Below the pieces are notes generated by a model that saw only the letters and a list, made by a program, of their open reading frames with translations, searched no databases and was not told the DNA's origin. A stretch of DNA of 64,000 nucleotides. It comes from Epithemia pelagica. Taxonomy: Eukaryota > Protista > Bacillariophyta. This document shows, piece by piece, positions 11,401-21,399 of the stretch; positions within the stretch are counted from its first letter, which is position 1, and every line of letters begins with the position of its first letter. The translations under genes were made by a program, and so were the position numbers. The stretch is from assembly GCA_946965045.2 (NCBI GenBank), contig OX337240.1, positions 2,294,001-2,358,000 on the forward strand, in the 5' to 3' direction.

Positions 11401-12307
11401 GTTTTCGTGCAGCGCCGCCTCAAAGACTCCCCTATCGAACGCGATCAGAGACACCCTTTTTGATGTCCTGCGCCAAATAGCACCAGCAGCAAAAACAGTG
11501 GACACAAGTCTGGATGTCCATATAGAACCGCCTGGATTGGCTCCTCAGCACAACCGAAACATCCGGCCGGCGGACGTCGGTATGCTCCTTCGACAACCAC
11601 ACCGAAACCAGCACTTTCGATACGCCGCTATCGATATAACAGTCCCCCCTCCACAGAAACCACTGCCCATCCTGGACCCGTCTGACCACGAAAACATTGC
11701 CTGTATGGCCTCCAAGACGCACCAGGACGCAGCGCGTGACAAATTCTGCCGAGACCCCACCACTGCACAACACCTCTACGACAACGGGGTATACCTCCTC
11801 CCCTTTACGGTCGATCACCTCGGAGGCTTAGGTTCTTTCGCTGAACACCTGCTTTTCCCCAGTGAACACCAACCACACCTCTTTCATCCGGGCAAACCTC
11901 CAACGTGGGACGACCCACACTTCGGAAAAAACAGTCTTCGCAGCAGTGCACACCCACAAGCCTTCGCACTCTTTCAGGAAACCACTCACGCCCCGGCCAA
12001 TCTTCTCACCGCAGCCAACAAAGAGACAAAAAGATTTTGCTACCCAGAAGCCCATATATACTCGATGGGTCACTTTGCCAAGGCATCCCTCAGCCACGCC
12101 ATCGTCACAAGCTTGGCAATCCATGTCAACAACCACATGACAGCCATCCACCAATATCACACCGCCCGACAGAAACGAACGACCCAATTGCAAAATCTTT
12201 CACGGCCATTTTTTGCACCTATAACTCCAATATACTCCCCGGCCAGCATGGCACACTACCTGCCCACCGCGGCAACCGCCCCACTTCTCTGCGAACTCGC
12301 CGCTTAG
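8393..12307 (+). CDS. ORF2: two C2H2 zinc fingers + reverse transcriptase + CCHC + restriction-like endonuclease
   Basis: Zinc fingers CPVPDC...HLITTH and CQEC...HITKKH. RT motifs KLRPIGIG, LLDLTNMFNNVSR, GFPQGCPLSP, IMDD, GVRFLGQPIG and LGGLG. CKC...GDHLFSC, then RPADV...IDITV. Confidence 0.9.
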   Translation: MSNQEILPPRHCPVPDCPWQVPPQSNKPHASLKEHLITTHGETNPSDYMTTKYCSQHGFHLCQECDTPTTIFTTQGHLRTHITKKHTRSKTNMQLVLTTYRNTTPEIENNWKQSLAFLNQLRPSPPPFRRSIWHKTKPPLRSEFYVTYNNVIKWVLESTPTLAPAILRDHTLPKHDTDSSPLWKLLLLLEPLLLAPIQNTVHLTYSNAFRARLSLLKTGRIEELYNTIWHPTPLPLQPQNRQHKKKRQQKQRLNTHSDGPNLPQWRLTAAQHTADLGNYRAALKRLTTNTPTATLTPPRIARCQTELFPKRRQPPPGTRAQGHTNLPPPTNQYLKLEDNMTELALRQMKPGTASGPFATCTDILAAMALHRTTRAKDATKPYFGNIKALLQLVVTAQVPPPIQTLLASNYFLALHKDITNPEKLRPIGIGTAIRRVAAKTALVHMTDDITPLLLKGGQYGIQIPGGVDFVAQTTAMAVREYIDKHTDNQNTPTDDHNDDQNNTKTATNSPSRALILLDLTNMFNNVSRTEARRILLSEDATCPLVPIFDLLSNHPCDSWYFNENHEPHTLQQEEGFPQGCPLSPLFSCLVLLALTNQLNKEQAKRASTRKQSGDIGDDNKGGVAHTASIMDDTSVCLPHCDLPWFLSRFQELGAPLGIILNHSKTKILTTTTGNTACDTLPRQAQQKVQEALSFLCPDEPERAEITTGVRFLGQPIGSHVFAKQYIRERLDKMVDTMDRISQLQNLQTQHTLYKFSLVASIMHLLPSDITLANPAGDQRSTMWDSDTTRRTDKLTARFLARLTSTRDTDVNETAIIIASLPQRLGGLGYQMASSAAYPRFLTQTVRAIKLASSTDTPIPHVHSRPFLNWEDSTTSTMTKFRKGLSLFAHELADKALYTPSRYDKNTHNSMMNHIMREHAIERLFTITDANQRIFLPSLLSPLTSMVFSLPLTASEFRLENAVFKTAMKRKLRLPVFSQDPNQPAPHSCKCAKKTILDAHGDHLFSCSAASKTPLSNAIRDTLFDVLRQIAPAAKTVDTSLDVHIEPPGLAPQHNRNIRPADVGMLLRQPHRNQHFRYAAIDITVPPPQKPLPILDPSDHENIACMASKTHQDAARDKFCRDPTTAQHLYDNGVYLLPFTVDHLGGLGSFAEHLLFPSEHQPHLFHPGKPPTWDDPHFGKNSLRSSAHPQAFALFQETTHAPANLLTAANKETKRFCYPEAHIYSMGHFAKASLSHAIVTSLAIHVNNHMTAIHQYHTARQKRTTQLQNLSRPFFAPITPIYSPASMAHYLPTAATAPLLCELAA

Positions 12308-12330
12308 AAGTTCCCCCAAACACTAGAGCG

Positions 12331-12356
12331 TAAAATAAAATAAAAAAATAAAAAAA
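12331..12356 (+). repeat. A-rich 3' tail of the non-LTR element
   Basis: taaaataaaataaaaaaataaaaaaa directly after the ORF2 3' UTR. Confidence 0.8.
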
Positions 12357-12416
12357 TTCTTTTCCCATTCTATTGGCATCACGTCAGATATGAACGTTTA
12401 CCGTCAATGATGAACA

Positions 12417-12851
12417 ATGTATCCTGTTGTGCGCCAACTGTCTTGTAGAATACACACCATCAGCCATGAATCATCAGTAACATTTCTGGCAAGACATTCA
12501 AGATGTACTGCAAGGCAGCATAACAGATTCTTTGGGTCCAAGTCGAGTGGACAGTATCGCAACAAATCTGCCAGGTTTGGCCGACACCAAAGGCTCGGAC
12601 CACGGCGACAAAAGAAGTTGGAGAAGGAACTCGACGATTTTGCAAAAGAAAAGAAGGAGAATAAGGAATGGATTTCGGAGGCGACGGCTGATAAAGTGGT
12701 TACGGTCAACGCCATTGCTGTCAGCCTAGGACTCCTTGCACTTGCTGTAAAATTTATCTCAATGTATGACGAAGACTCGGAAGAAAATTTGAAGAGAACG
12801 TCCAACGAACAGTTACAAGATACCATCGAAAAGTTTGAAGCAGTGGAATGA
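12417..12851 (+). CDS. Small single-TM protein, possible mitochondrial presequence
   Basis: R/S-rich, acid-poor N-terminus; one TM segment (AIAVSLGLLALAVKFI); charged C-terminus. Confidence 0.5.
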   Translation: MYPVVRQLSCRIHTISHESSVTFLARHSRCTARQHNRFFGSKSSGQYRNKSARFGRHQRLGPRRQKKLEKELDDFAKEKKENKEWISEATADKVVTVNAIAVSLGLLALAVKFISMYDEDSEENLKRTSNEQLQDTIEKFEAVE

Positions 12852-13580
12852 TGGAAATGACATTGGAAGGCGTCAATAACCCGAAGGGCTGCTATTCTCC
12901 GATGCGCCGTCCTGCAATCATACGAGTTTTTTTTTGTGGTGGCAAACGTTGATGCTGAAGTGGGAATTCGGCTATAGGTTGCGATGGCAATCCCATCGTT
13001 GTAACGCACTAAGGATACCACTAGGCCACCAAAGTTATGTCTTCAGTTACACGGGACTCGACTAGTTGCGATGTATCGTGGCTGCATTTTCTCCTTTGCA
13101 GACGTCGCTGAGACATCTCGATCGTGTCTTCATACCACCTGTTTCGTGTCAGGTGTTCTCATGATTTGGCGGGAACGAGGATCTTGTACTGTTTAGGCCT
13201 ATATTGACGCCTTAAATGAGGATCGGCGTCTGTCGGTCATATGCGCAGTCGAGATCTCTTATTGACGTCAGCACTGGATCTGACTCATTTTTCTGCATCT
13301 TTTCTCCCAATGCCTTTGTTGTCGACATCGTCATTGACTTGCACATGGCCAAAGAAGATGAAGAAACCAGGCGCTGGTTGTCCCAGTGGTTGTCTCTTAT
13401 CCTGACTTCAGAAAATGCCAGAGGAGTTTAGGGAAAACGCTTCGTCAACTCATTGATCATTTCGTTGAGAAGCTCACCAAAAGATCATAAGTACATTGGC
13501 AATCCATCCACGCTTGCGATACCAAATTCATCCAGTTCTAAAGCAGCGCGGTCTTACACATAGAAAGAGTGACAGCCACC

Positions 13581-13976
13581 ATGGACAAGAGCCAAACATA
13601 CCCTCATTCGGAACGAAGCTTTATCGGGAGCTCCTTCTTCTCCGAAGTCGTGAGTGCTAGTATTGGAGACTTATTTCATCCCAACACCATGAAAAGACTG
13701 ATGCCATCAAGATCCGAAACGTCTCTCAACAACTATGACGACAGTTACACCGGATCGGATGCCTCGATGAGGGGTTCTTCCTACCCATCGTCCTCCACAT
13801 CCTCCGCCTACTCTTCCACTGGATCTGCATGCTCTGTGCACATTGGAGATGCTTCCCTTGGCTCACAGCCACAATCAACTCAACCACCGGGTCCACCGTC
13901 CTCCCAATGGTTCTCTTACGACAGTCAAGGCGACGGAACATTGGATATCGGCCTCCTCAACATCAAGCAATATTGA
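13581..13976 (+). CDS. Hypothetical Ser-rich protein
   Basis: Open frame with a Ser-rich low-complexity region; no recognisable domain. Confidence 0.4.
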   Translation: MDKSQTYPHSERSFIGSSFFSEVVSASIGDLFHPNTMKRLMPSRSETSLNNYDDSYTGSDASMRGSSYPSSSTSSAYSSTGSACSVHIGDASLGSQPQSTQPPGPPSSQWFSYDSQGDGTLDIGLLNIKQY

Positions 13977-14386
13977 GCATCCAAGTCGTTGTTGTTTGTC
14001 GATTGTCAACATGGACGCTACACTACTTCGCGTTGACCAATCATGCTTATTTTATATCCATTTCACAAGATCCCCACGTTCCAATGCATCCTTTGTCACT
14101 CTCTGATCTTTGCTTCTGCCATTTGTATCACCTTGCACTCTCTTTGCTGTCCATTCAAAAGATGCGTTTATCTATTGGTAGGAGGACTCCGTATGAATTA
14201 AACTAGTAAACACGTTACTTGTAATCATAATCAATACTCCGTCATTTCGACGATAAGGATCTCTCAACTCTCGAGCTCATGGTTGAAGGGAATATCTTAC
14301 CTGACATCATAGAGAATAAAAGATCAATCTACCAATACTTGGGGGGATTCCATCTGGATCTGGGGGGATTCCACCCGGCTCTTTTT

Positions 14387-15758
14387 CTACGCTTTGTCCA
14401 CTGCCAACGGTTCCCACCAACGGATCATCACTGTCCCATCATCATGGAGAGGTTTGACAATGTGCTCCGCAGGAGGGTAGTTGCTGGTGTTGGGAATGTG
14501 ATAGGGTCTTTGGGCGTTGCGGTAGGCGACACGAGTCTTGTCTCGAACTGTTTTCGGCGTTTGCCACTGGGTCGTTGGGGTATCGGGTGGCAAATCATGT
14601 CGCACAAAGGACACTTCGGGTTGTAACAAGCAAAAGGCTCGGCCGGTCCCAAAGGCAAATCGACTGCGTGCAGGGATAACACGGTGCAAACGACGTGACA
14701 AAAAAGTCCATCCCCGCAAACCGAAACCTCCATCCTCGTGCGCCAATGTACTGGACACGCATGACAAATTCCTTGCAAGGATCGAGATCGGAGAGACTTT
14801 TCAAGAGCAGGTATACACAGTGCCCAAACAGAGCCACACTAGTACCCCGTGCATCGGCATGGTCCAGTTCCAGGCAAAAACCATCCAATCGCTCACCCCG
14901 TCTGCAACAATGAACAAAATGGCAAAGGGCAGCATTGTTTGCCTTTGCTTGTTCCACAAACTGGTGTTCTAAAGATCTGGTTTTTTCGGCTGATTGTTCT
15001 TCCATTGATTTGCCACCCCATAGTTTGGCGCTCTTGGCAAAGGGACACTCTGTCTGGTTTTTGATGGGAGCAAATCTCTGGAGTGTGACATTTCCTTGGT
15101 TTTCCGTCAGTGCATAGTCTGGTCGATCCGGCAGAGCTGCCTTGGTTCTTTCAGATAATAATGACACATCATGCGAATCTCCCCATTGAGGTTCAGGATT
15201 GGACAAGAGATCCGCCATTTGCGTCAAAGCTTGCTCCAGACCATTGTTTTTCCCCGAGATTGCCGACAAGCCAAGAATCGCTACGCGCCGATCTTTTATG
15301 TTTTTCAGTTCCAATCGCTGACTGATATCATGAGGAGACAACGCATTGGCAAGGTCTTGCTTGTTGCAAAGAATGAGAAAGGGTACCCTCACAAGTTTGG
15401 GTTCCCTCGTCATTTGATGAACCTCGTCGTACACTTGGTCCATCCGGTCGATATTACTAGAGTCGACGACAAACACGACGCACTCGGTTTGCTGGTAATA
15501 GTGCCGCCAAAGCGCCCGAGCCTTGTCGCGACCTCCCACATCCCATGCCTCCACAACCACAACCGGGATTCGTCCTTGGCTCTTTTTGGGAGACACGCAA
15601 AGTTCTTCCACATTAAATCCAATGGTGGGAATGCTGTGGACAACCTCTTCTCCACCCAATTTCCATTTATACAATATCGTGGTCTTGCCAGAACCATCCA
15701 GTCCATTCATCAACACCCTCCGTCTTTGTTGTTTGGTGGTAGAAAGGAAAGCACCCAT
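14387..15758 (-). CDS. Arf-family small GTPase fused to a YqcI/YcgG-like domain; frameshift at ~14665
   Basis: MGAFLS myristoylation motif, [28 protein letters not shown]. Then CPFAK, LSDLDP and [21 protein letters not shown], continuing in another frame as SRFAFG...LLQPEVSF to a stop at 14387. Confidence 0.75.
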
Positions 15759-16430
15759 GGTTCCAACCGTTGTGTACCAGTCGAAAGAATGGCATATCTG
15801 TTTCCCATCCACGGCCTAACTTCGAGCCGTCGATCGAGTCGTGGGTGAAGGATTACATCGATCACCGGGTTCATTCTCGACATGACTCATTTGGGGAGAC
15901 GTGTACCGATGATAGAATTGACGGTGAGCTCTTGCATGGAAGCAACTAATAAGTAACCACGACCATCACCGGGCCCAAGCTTTTCATGTCTTTGATGTTG
16001 AACCAATTTGGTTGCCATCCATTATTCTTTTGTATTACCAGCTTATTCCACGCCTGTATGAGCTCGTCATCATGAGAACGACTTCAAAATCGTCGCTTGA
16101 GCCCGCCATGGAGATTTGTGTGTGAATTGGGTTATCTTCTTGCATCGTCACTTCCTCCACGAAGAGGTGATGCACGCTCGGAAGTCGACAGGGTGTCTGT
16201 CGGTTAGTAAATCTAACGAAGGTACTACGAAGCGTTTTACGTTCCATGACTGGAGCGGGGGTTTCAGTCTTGGGGGATCGGCTTCACACTTCTCTCTCAC
16301 ACCTTGCTTTGGTAGATTGCAAAAAGTAGAAAATGGCATGGCCGCATCCTCAAGACGAGGATCTTCCTGCAACTGTCGTTTCTACTCCTCCAATTAATAC
16401 CTACTCCACTGATTCAAAACGTTTTATATC

Positions 16431-18305
16431 ATGGATGTGCTGCTGATTGCCGGTTCTCTGACACTTCCCGTGTATTTGGGAAGGCAATTGTCCAATGTGG
16501 TTGTTTCCCATCCAACCACCTTTCAACCACAAGCAACAACGACATCTTCCCTCGAGAAGAAGCCTTTTCCACGAATCACTTCGGCCGTTCCCAGAGTACC
16601 CTTGGCCCTGCTGGTATCGACAGTCCTTTCTTTTTTCCTACTTTCGCTGTCCATCCTGGAGGCTGTTCCATCGTCATGGAGGATGGTTCTTCGGGCACCT
16701 TTGCTTCCAACAGCATACCGAATAGTCTTTGGCATCTTGGCCATGGCCGTTTTTATCATCTTTCCCTTTGTGGCCGGGGCACAACAGCAGGCATTGCTGG
16801 AACAGGGTTGGTGTCGCCGAAACGATTCTTCGAGTGAAGACTCCTCTGGCCTGAAAAAGGGCAGGGCGAGTCATTCGTGGGTTCGTTCGTGCCTCTTTTC
16901 CATGTTGCTTCTCCTGTTTCGAGTCCTTCTTGGAGCTTTCTATTGTTGTTACGCTGTTCTTCCCTCACTATATCGATCTCACCGAAAAGAAAAGGGTCCC
17001 CTGCTTGTCACATCTTCTGCCGATTTGGCCAGAAAGGAAAGCAATGTATCAAATACAGAATCTACCAGCAACTCCTCTCGTTCCCCACGATTTCAACTTC
17101 ACACAAGATTTCTTGGAGGTTTTCTCGGATGCTTTCTTGTTCTCTGTATTCTGTGTATCCTGGGACCATGGGTGGTCAAGACAACACCCAGCACACCGGC
17201 ACTTACCGTTGCCGTGTCATGGTTGACAGCTGTGGGGTTGCTCCTTTCGGCCTGTATTAACGGTTTTGGCAGCGTTTCAATGCCTCATTCCTGTTTGGCA
17301 GGATTCTACCTGGAACCTATTCGTTCCGAGGCCATTTCCAAAGCACAAGAAGAAATTCAACTGGCCGAAAATTCCCTACAAGCCCGAAAAGACCAATTGT
17401 CGTCCCTTTCAGGAGGAGGGTTGGTCATCCCTCAGGCAACATCCAACAATATACCTCGAGGAATGTCTTTTTCAGAAATGGGTGAAGATGTCGTATTGCG
17501 GAGAAAGAACTTGAAAACAGAAATTGAATTCCTGGAAACCTTAGTGGCCGAAATGAAGGATGAGGCCGAGGACATGCAACAAATGCAAGCGTTGGCCGCC
17601 AATGCTCGAACTCCACTGGGTCGGTGCAAACTGTGGCTTGGTCTCATTTTTTCCCTGGTGTTAATAGTCCGTCTCTTTTCGGCCCTCTTGTTCTTGTGGA
17701 ATCACAAGGATGGAAAACATCACCAAAAGACAACGGGCAGTGATCCCATTACCATGATTCTATTGTGGTTGGTCGGTCACGACTATGTCACGCAACAAGA
17801 CTACAATACGCTTTCGCAGTTTATTTCATGTGTCTTGACAGCGATTCTAAGCGTCTCACAAGTTCGGACCTTTCTCCGAACCATGGATCTCGTTAATCGG
17901 AAGCTCCGACATTTCTATCAACACGTGCCGTGTTGCCTGTCGAATGGTTCCGGTTCTTGTGCATCGACCAGCAATAGCAGCAGCGGCCATGTTTCGAGCT
18001 TGTATGCAAATTTCCTGGCCTGTTTGATGGTGTGTTATTTTCTTTCATGCATCGTCTTGACTAAACTCATGTTGCCACCCGATTACCGAGCTGCCTTTTC
18101 GCATGCCTTGGGAGGAGCTGAAACGGACTCGGTTCTCAAGATTCGTTCTTATTCTCTCAATCTTACCTTTACTCTTTCGGCCACAGTGACAGCATTTATC
18201 CTTGGCATCTTCTTGGAGATTCAGAGACAAAACACCATTCGACACTTGTCGGTATGGAAATCGGCCAACACCATGGATCATTCTACCACCATTACAGAGC
18301 CCTGA
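16431..18305 (+). CDS. GPR89/GPHR (Golgi pH regulator, GTG-like) multi-pass membrane protein
   Basis: About 9 TM segments, the motif GLLLSACINGFGSVSMP, a central coiled coil, and the C-terminal SQFISCVLTAILSVSQVRTFL region. Confidence 0.75.
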   Translation: MDVLLIAGSLTLPVYLGRQLSNVVVSHPTTFQPQATTTSSLEKKPFPRITSAVPRVPLALLVSTVLSFFLLSLSILEAVPSSWRMVLRAPLLPTAYRIVFGILAMAVFIIFPFVAGAQQQALLEQGWCRRNDSSSEDSSGLKKGRASHSWVRSCLFSMLLLLFRVLLGAFYCCYAVLPSLYRSHRKEKGPLLVTSSADLARKESNVSNTESTSNSSRSPRFQLHTRFLGGFLGCFLVLCILCILGPWVVKTTPSTPALTVAVSWLTAVGLLLSACINGFGSVSMPHSCLAGFYLEPIRSEAISKAQEEIQLAENSLQARKDQLSSLSGGGLVIPQATSNNIPRGMSFSEMGEDVVLRRKNLKTEIEFLETLVAEMKDEAEDMQQMQALAANARTPLGRCKLWLGLIFSLVLIVRLFSALLFLWNHKDGKHHQKTTGSDPITMILLWLVGHDYVTQQDYNTLSQFISCVLTAILSVSQVRTFLRTMDLVNRKLRHFYQHVPCCLSNGSGSCASTSNSSSGHVSSLYANFLACLMVCYFLSCIVLTKLMLPPDYRAAFSHALGGAETDSVLKIRSYSLNLTFTLSATVTAFILGIFLEIQRQNTIRHLSVWKSANTMDHSTTITEP

Positions 18306-18938
18306 TGCAATGCACACCCAGAAAATAACGGGAATGCTGCAACGCTTCGGTCGTTTTATTGTTATCGATATGATATCAAGGTCACAGGATCGTACAATCG
18401 ATGAATCCAATCTACCCGGCCTTGTACCTCACCCGTCGATGTACTACAATGCCTGATGCCGCGCCCGACAGGATAAATCGATTCTTCCTCCCATCACCAC
18501 CAACACGATGGGTGTGATCTAATGCAGTAGCACCAACTTGACTGTGATACCAATTTGCGCACCATAGTTTGGTCGACTCTACTCGAAAGGTGAACTTGAC
18601 TCTTTGGGACGTACGTGACAAAGTGAAAACCTTGACGGCTACCTAGATCCAGTGGTATCCAGTACCACACACATCAATGAGAATGGACACATGACGAAGG
18701 GAACCTTCCCATTCGTTTTTCACATACATCCCCTAGCTAGAAAAGCGGAACAAGATCCTACAGTCGATGATGTGTGATCTTCACCTTAATCGAAACTGAA
18801 CTTCATCGAAGCAATGGGGTCACAAATAACGACGCAATCCTCTCTAGTAGGAGGAATCGAGGAGTAGGGTCTTAGTAGTAGCATAGATCATATGGTGTGG
18901 TAGTTTTCCAGTTATTGATGTTCGTGGCTCGTGACCTC

Positions 18939-18964
18939 CTCTCTCTCTCTCTCTCTCTCTCTCT
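18939..18964. repeat. (CT)n microsatellite
   Basis: About 13 CT units just past the stop of the minus-strand gene. Confidence 0.9.
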
Positions 18965-18967
18965 GAT

Positions 18968-21047
18968 TTACCATATCGTGAAGGACGTAACTCGCATGTA
19001 AAACGACGGATCGATCGTTTTCGCGCTAATCTCATAGCGACCTTCAATGTTGGATGTCCACTGATGTCCACCCTCATGCTTTAAAAAGGCGCAGTCGGAA
19101 AATCGTGTAAACTGCGTAACTGCTTTGCCATTGACTGTCATGGAGACCTTGGGCGCCGCCGTGGTATTGGTCAAGTGTCCTTTCATGGTCACTGAATCCT
19201 TCGGACAACCCCATCCACAAGACGCCAAACAAAGAGCAATAAAGCCCATTGTTTCGGGTTTGGAGTCGGGAAGTGAATTTGCAACCCGATTGTAATATGC
19301 ACTTTCCGCTTCATTGGGAAGAGTCAGGGTGGACCATGCATTGCCATTGACCATGAAAAAGTCTTGGTAATCAATCTGTACCTTATAGTTCTTGCATCTA
19401 CCTTGGTACAAATCTGGATCCCATCCTAGTTCCATTTTGGCATTCTCCGTCTGGCGTATTTCCTTGATCATATGTCCGTGGTCGTAATGATCATAATCCA
19501 AATCATTGTCTCGTGTCTGGTTGGATTCCGTCAGCAGGCCCATGTAGCGAAGCTCGGATGGGACTCGTGCCGTATGGCAATAATTGGGGTTCCAGTAAAT
19601 GATATCATTGGGAATATCCGAGATATCCTTCAAGGATCCAGGAAATCGGATATGGCTCACATTCCTGCTCAAAATGGGTTGATATGCAAGGTCTTCCTCC
19701 GCCTTGAGATTCCCCAAAAGCACTTGCGGATCCGATCCTTTCTCCTTTATCATTTGCAATGCATCATTGATAATCTCGATCAAGAACAAGGTCATAAAGT
19801 TTCCATGAAATGCATGCCACTTCCTGAGTTTTTTGACACATCAACAAACTGTAAGATAAACACAGCAAAGGGCAACAGTGCGGAAGACAAACGTACCAGC
19901 CGGGGTGCCAAGAGACTCTGTATTTGCGCTGATTACAAGGCTCGTCTCCTCCAATATACGAAAACTTTGTTTTTTTACATGGCTCTCCTGATTCAATGTT
20001 TTTCTCGCAGCGGAACGAACGCACGTATTTTGGCATGGCTTCAATTTCCTCTTCTGTTTTCCCTGCCGTGTCAGGTACCGTATGGAGGGCAGTTTTTGTT
20101 TCCATGATGAATACAGGAGGGCCAATCGCTCCCACTGCCTTGGTTGCTTTTTCGGTATGCCCCATGAATAATGATACAATCCCTGGTCGGCTTGGAAGCA
20201 AAGCTCCTCGGTGAAGGAACAACTCTGCCTTGTCTACTGCTCCCTATGTATATCACGTCCACGAAAATCGTATGATATACAACTCGTCAGACTGAAATCG
20301 ATCGAGCGCCCACTCTCAAATAGAAGCACATGCTATACGTACCCCACCAGTTGTCATTCCGTAATCCATTGATAATACATCGATATCGTGTCCAAATACT
20401 TCTTTCATACAGCTTGCAACTTCCATGCCACATGACGTTCCCCCCATGGCATAGTTTCGAGCCAAAAAGTCCAGTCCTACGGCTTCAAAAATGGGACCAC
20501 CCGCCACGCCCATGGTAGCTGTGTAGGATTCAGTGAAAAAGTTGCCATGACCCGCCGAGGCGGAGTGACCACCCGTGGCCCAGACATACGGCTGTGATGC
20601 TTCGGCAATTTGTGCGGCCAATATTTTTCGTGCCATTTTGTTTTTCATCCCATCCCATGCAGCCGTGATTCCCTTAAATATGGAACGCACTGTAGAACGG
20701 GAAACACCGTCGACCGTCTCAAAAAAGATGCTATCTACAGTTTCTTTGCCGTAGTCAACATTCAATTTCTCTCGAAACTTGGCACGTTCAATATCGAACT
20801 TGGCGATCAATTGGTTTGTGTTGTAGCTTCCTACGGTTGCTTGTAACACTCGAAGACTGGCATGTTCTTCCGTCTCGTGTTTGTTCACGGAGGAGTGGTC
20901 GTTTTGGGAATAATGATTACTTCCGACAGTCGTGTGAACCATGAACAAAGTTGTCACAAGAGCGGCAAACATACCAAGTGTGACGACCACACCTCGCTGT
21001 GAGCTTGCCTCATGATGCTGACGTGGAGCTTCCAGAGAGGAAACCAT
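18968..21047 (-). CDS. Type II membrane protein with SGNH/GDSL-like domain; 3 exons
   Basis: N-terminal TM anchor, GGHSASAGHG, NYAMGG and DYGM. The GT-AG introns join the frames as DYGMTTGG|GAVDKAELF and SWHPGW|KWHAFHG. Confidence 0.65.
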
Positions 21048-21399
21048 TGTAAATGGTTATAACATGCAATCCGAAGATGCGGACCGACAGTGAAATGGAT
21101 CCGTGAAAAATTTTCTCGCGAAGGACCCGGTCAACGGTCAACGGTCAACTATCAACTACTTGATCACATAGCATTGATAGTTCTTCGTGAGAGGGATTTT
21201 ACGCGACTTTGACGCGTTTGTAGTCGCTTTTGGGTAATTTTTCCATTTTTCTGATATCTGTGCTCTTTTGTCAAAACTTTAGACAAAAAAGCTTTCAATT
21301 TTTGTCCTCCGATCTCCGATGGCGTCGATCGACACTGGAGAACAGATGATTGAACTCGAAAGGACAAGTACAACAAGGATCCCTGTGTCTCAGTAAAGA

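Larger units (their letters stand above)
5110..12356 (+). mobile_element. Non-LTR retrotransposon, RLE type (CRE-like), two ORFs; 5' boundary unresolved
   Basis: ORF2 has RT plus RLE motifs. Its stop is followed by a ~23-nt 3' UTR and an A-rich tail at 12331-12356. The + strand is strongly A/C-skewed over the whole span. Confidence 0.85.

Noticed and set aside
12404-13021. 205-aa minus-strand ORF
   Set aside because: Largely antisense to the more plausible 12417-12851 gene; no features
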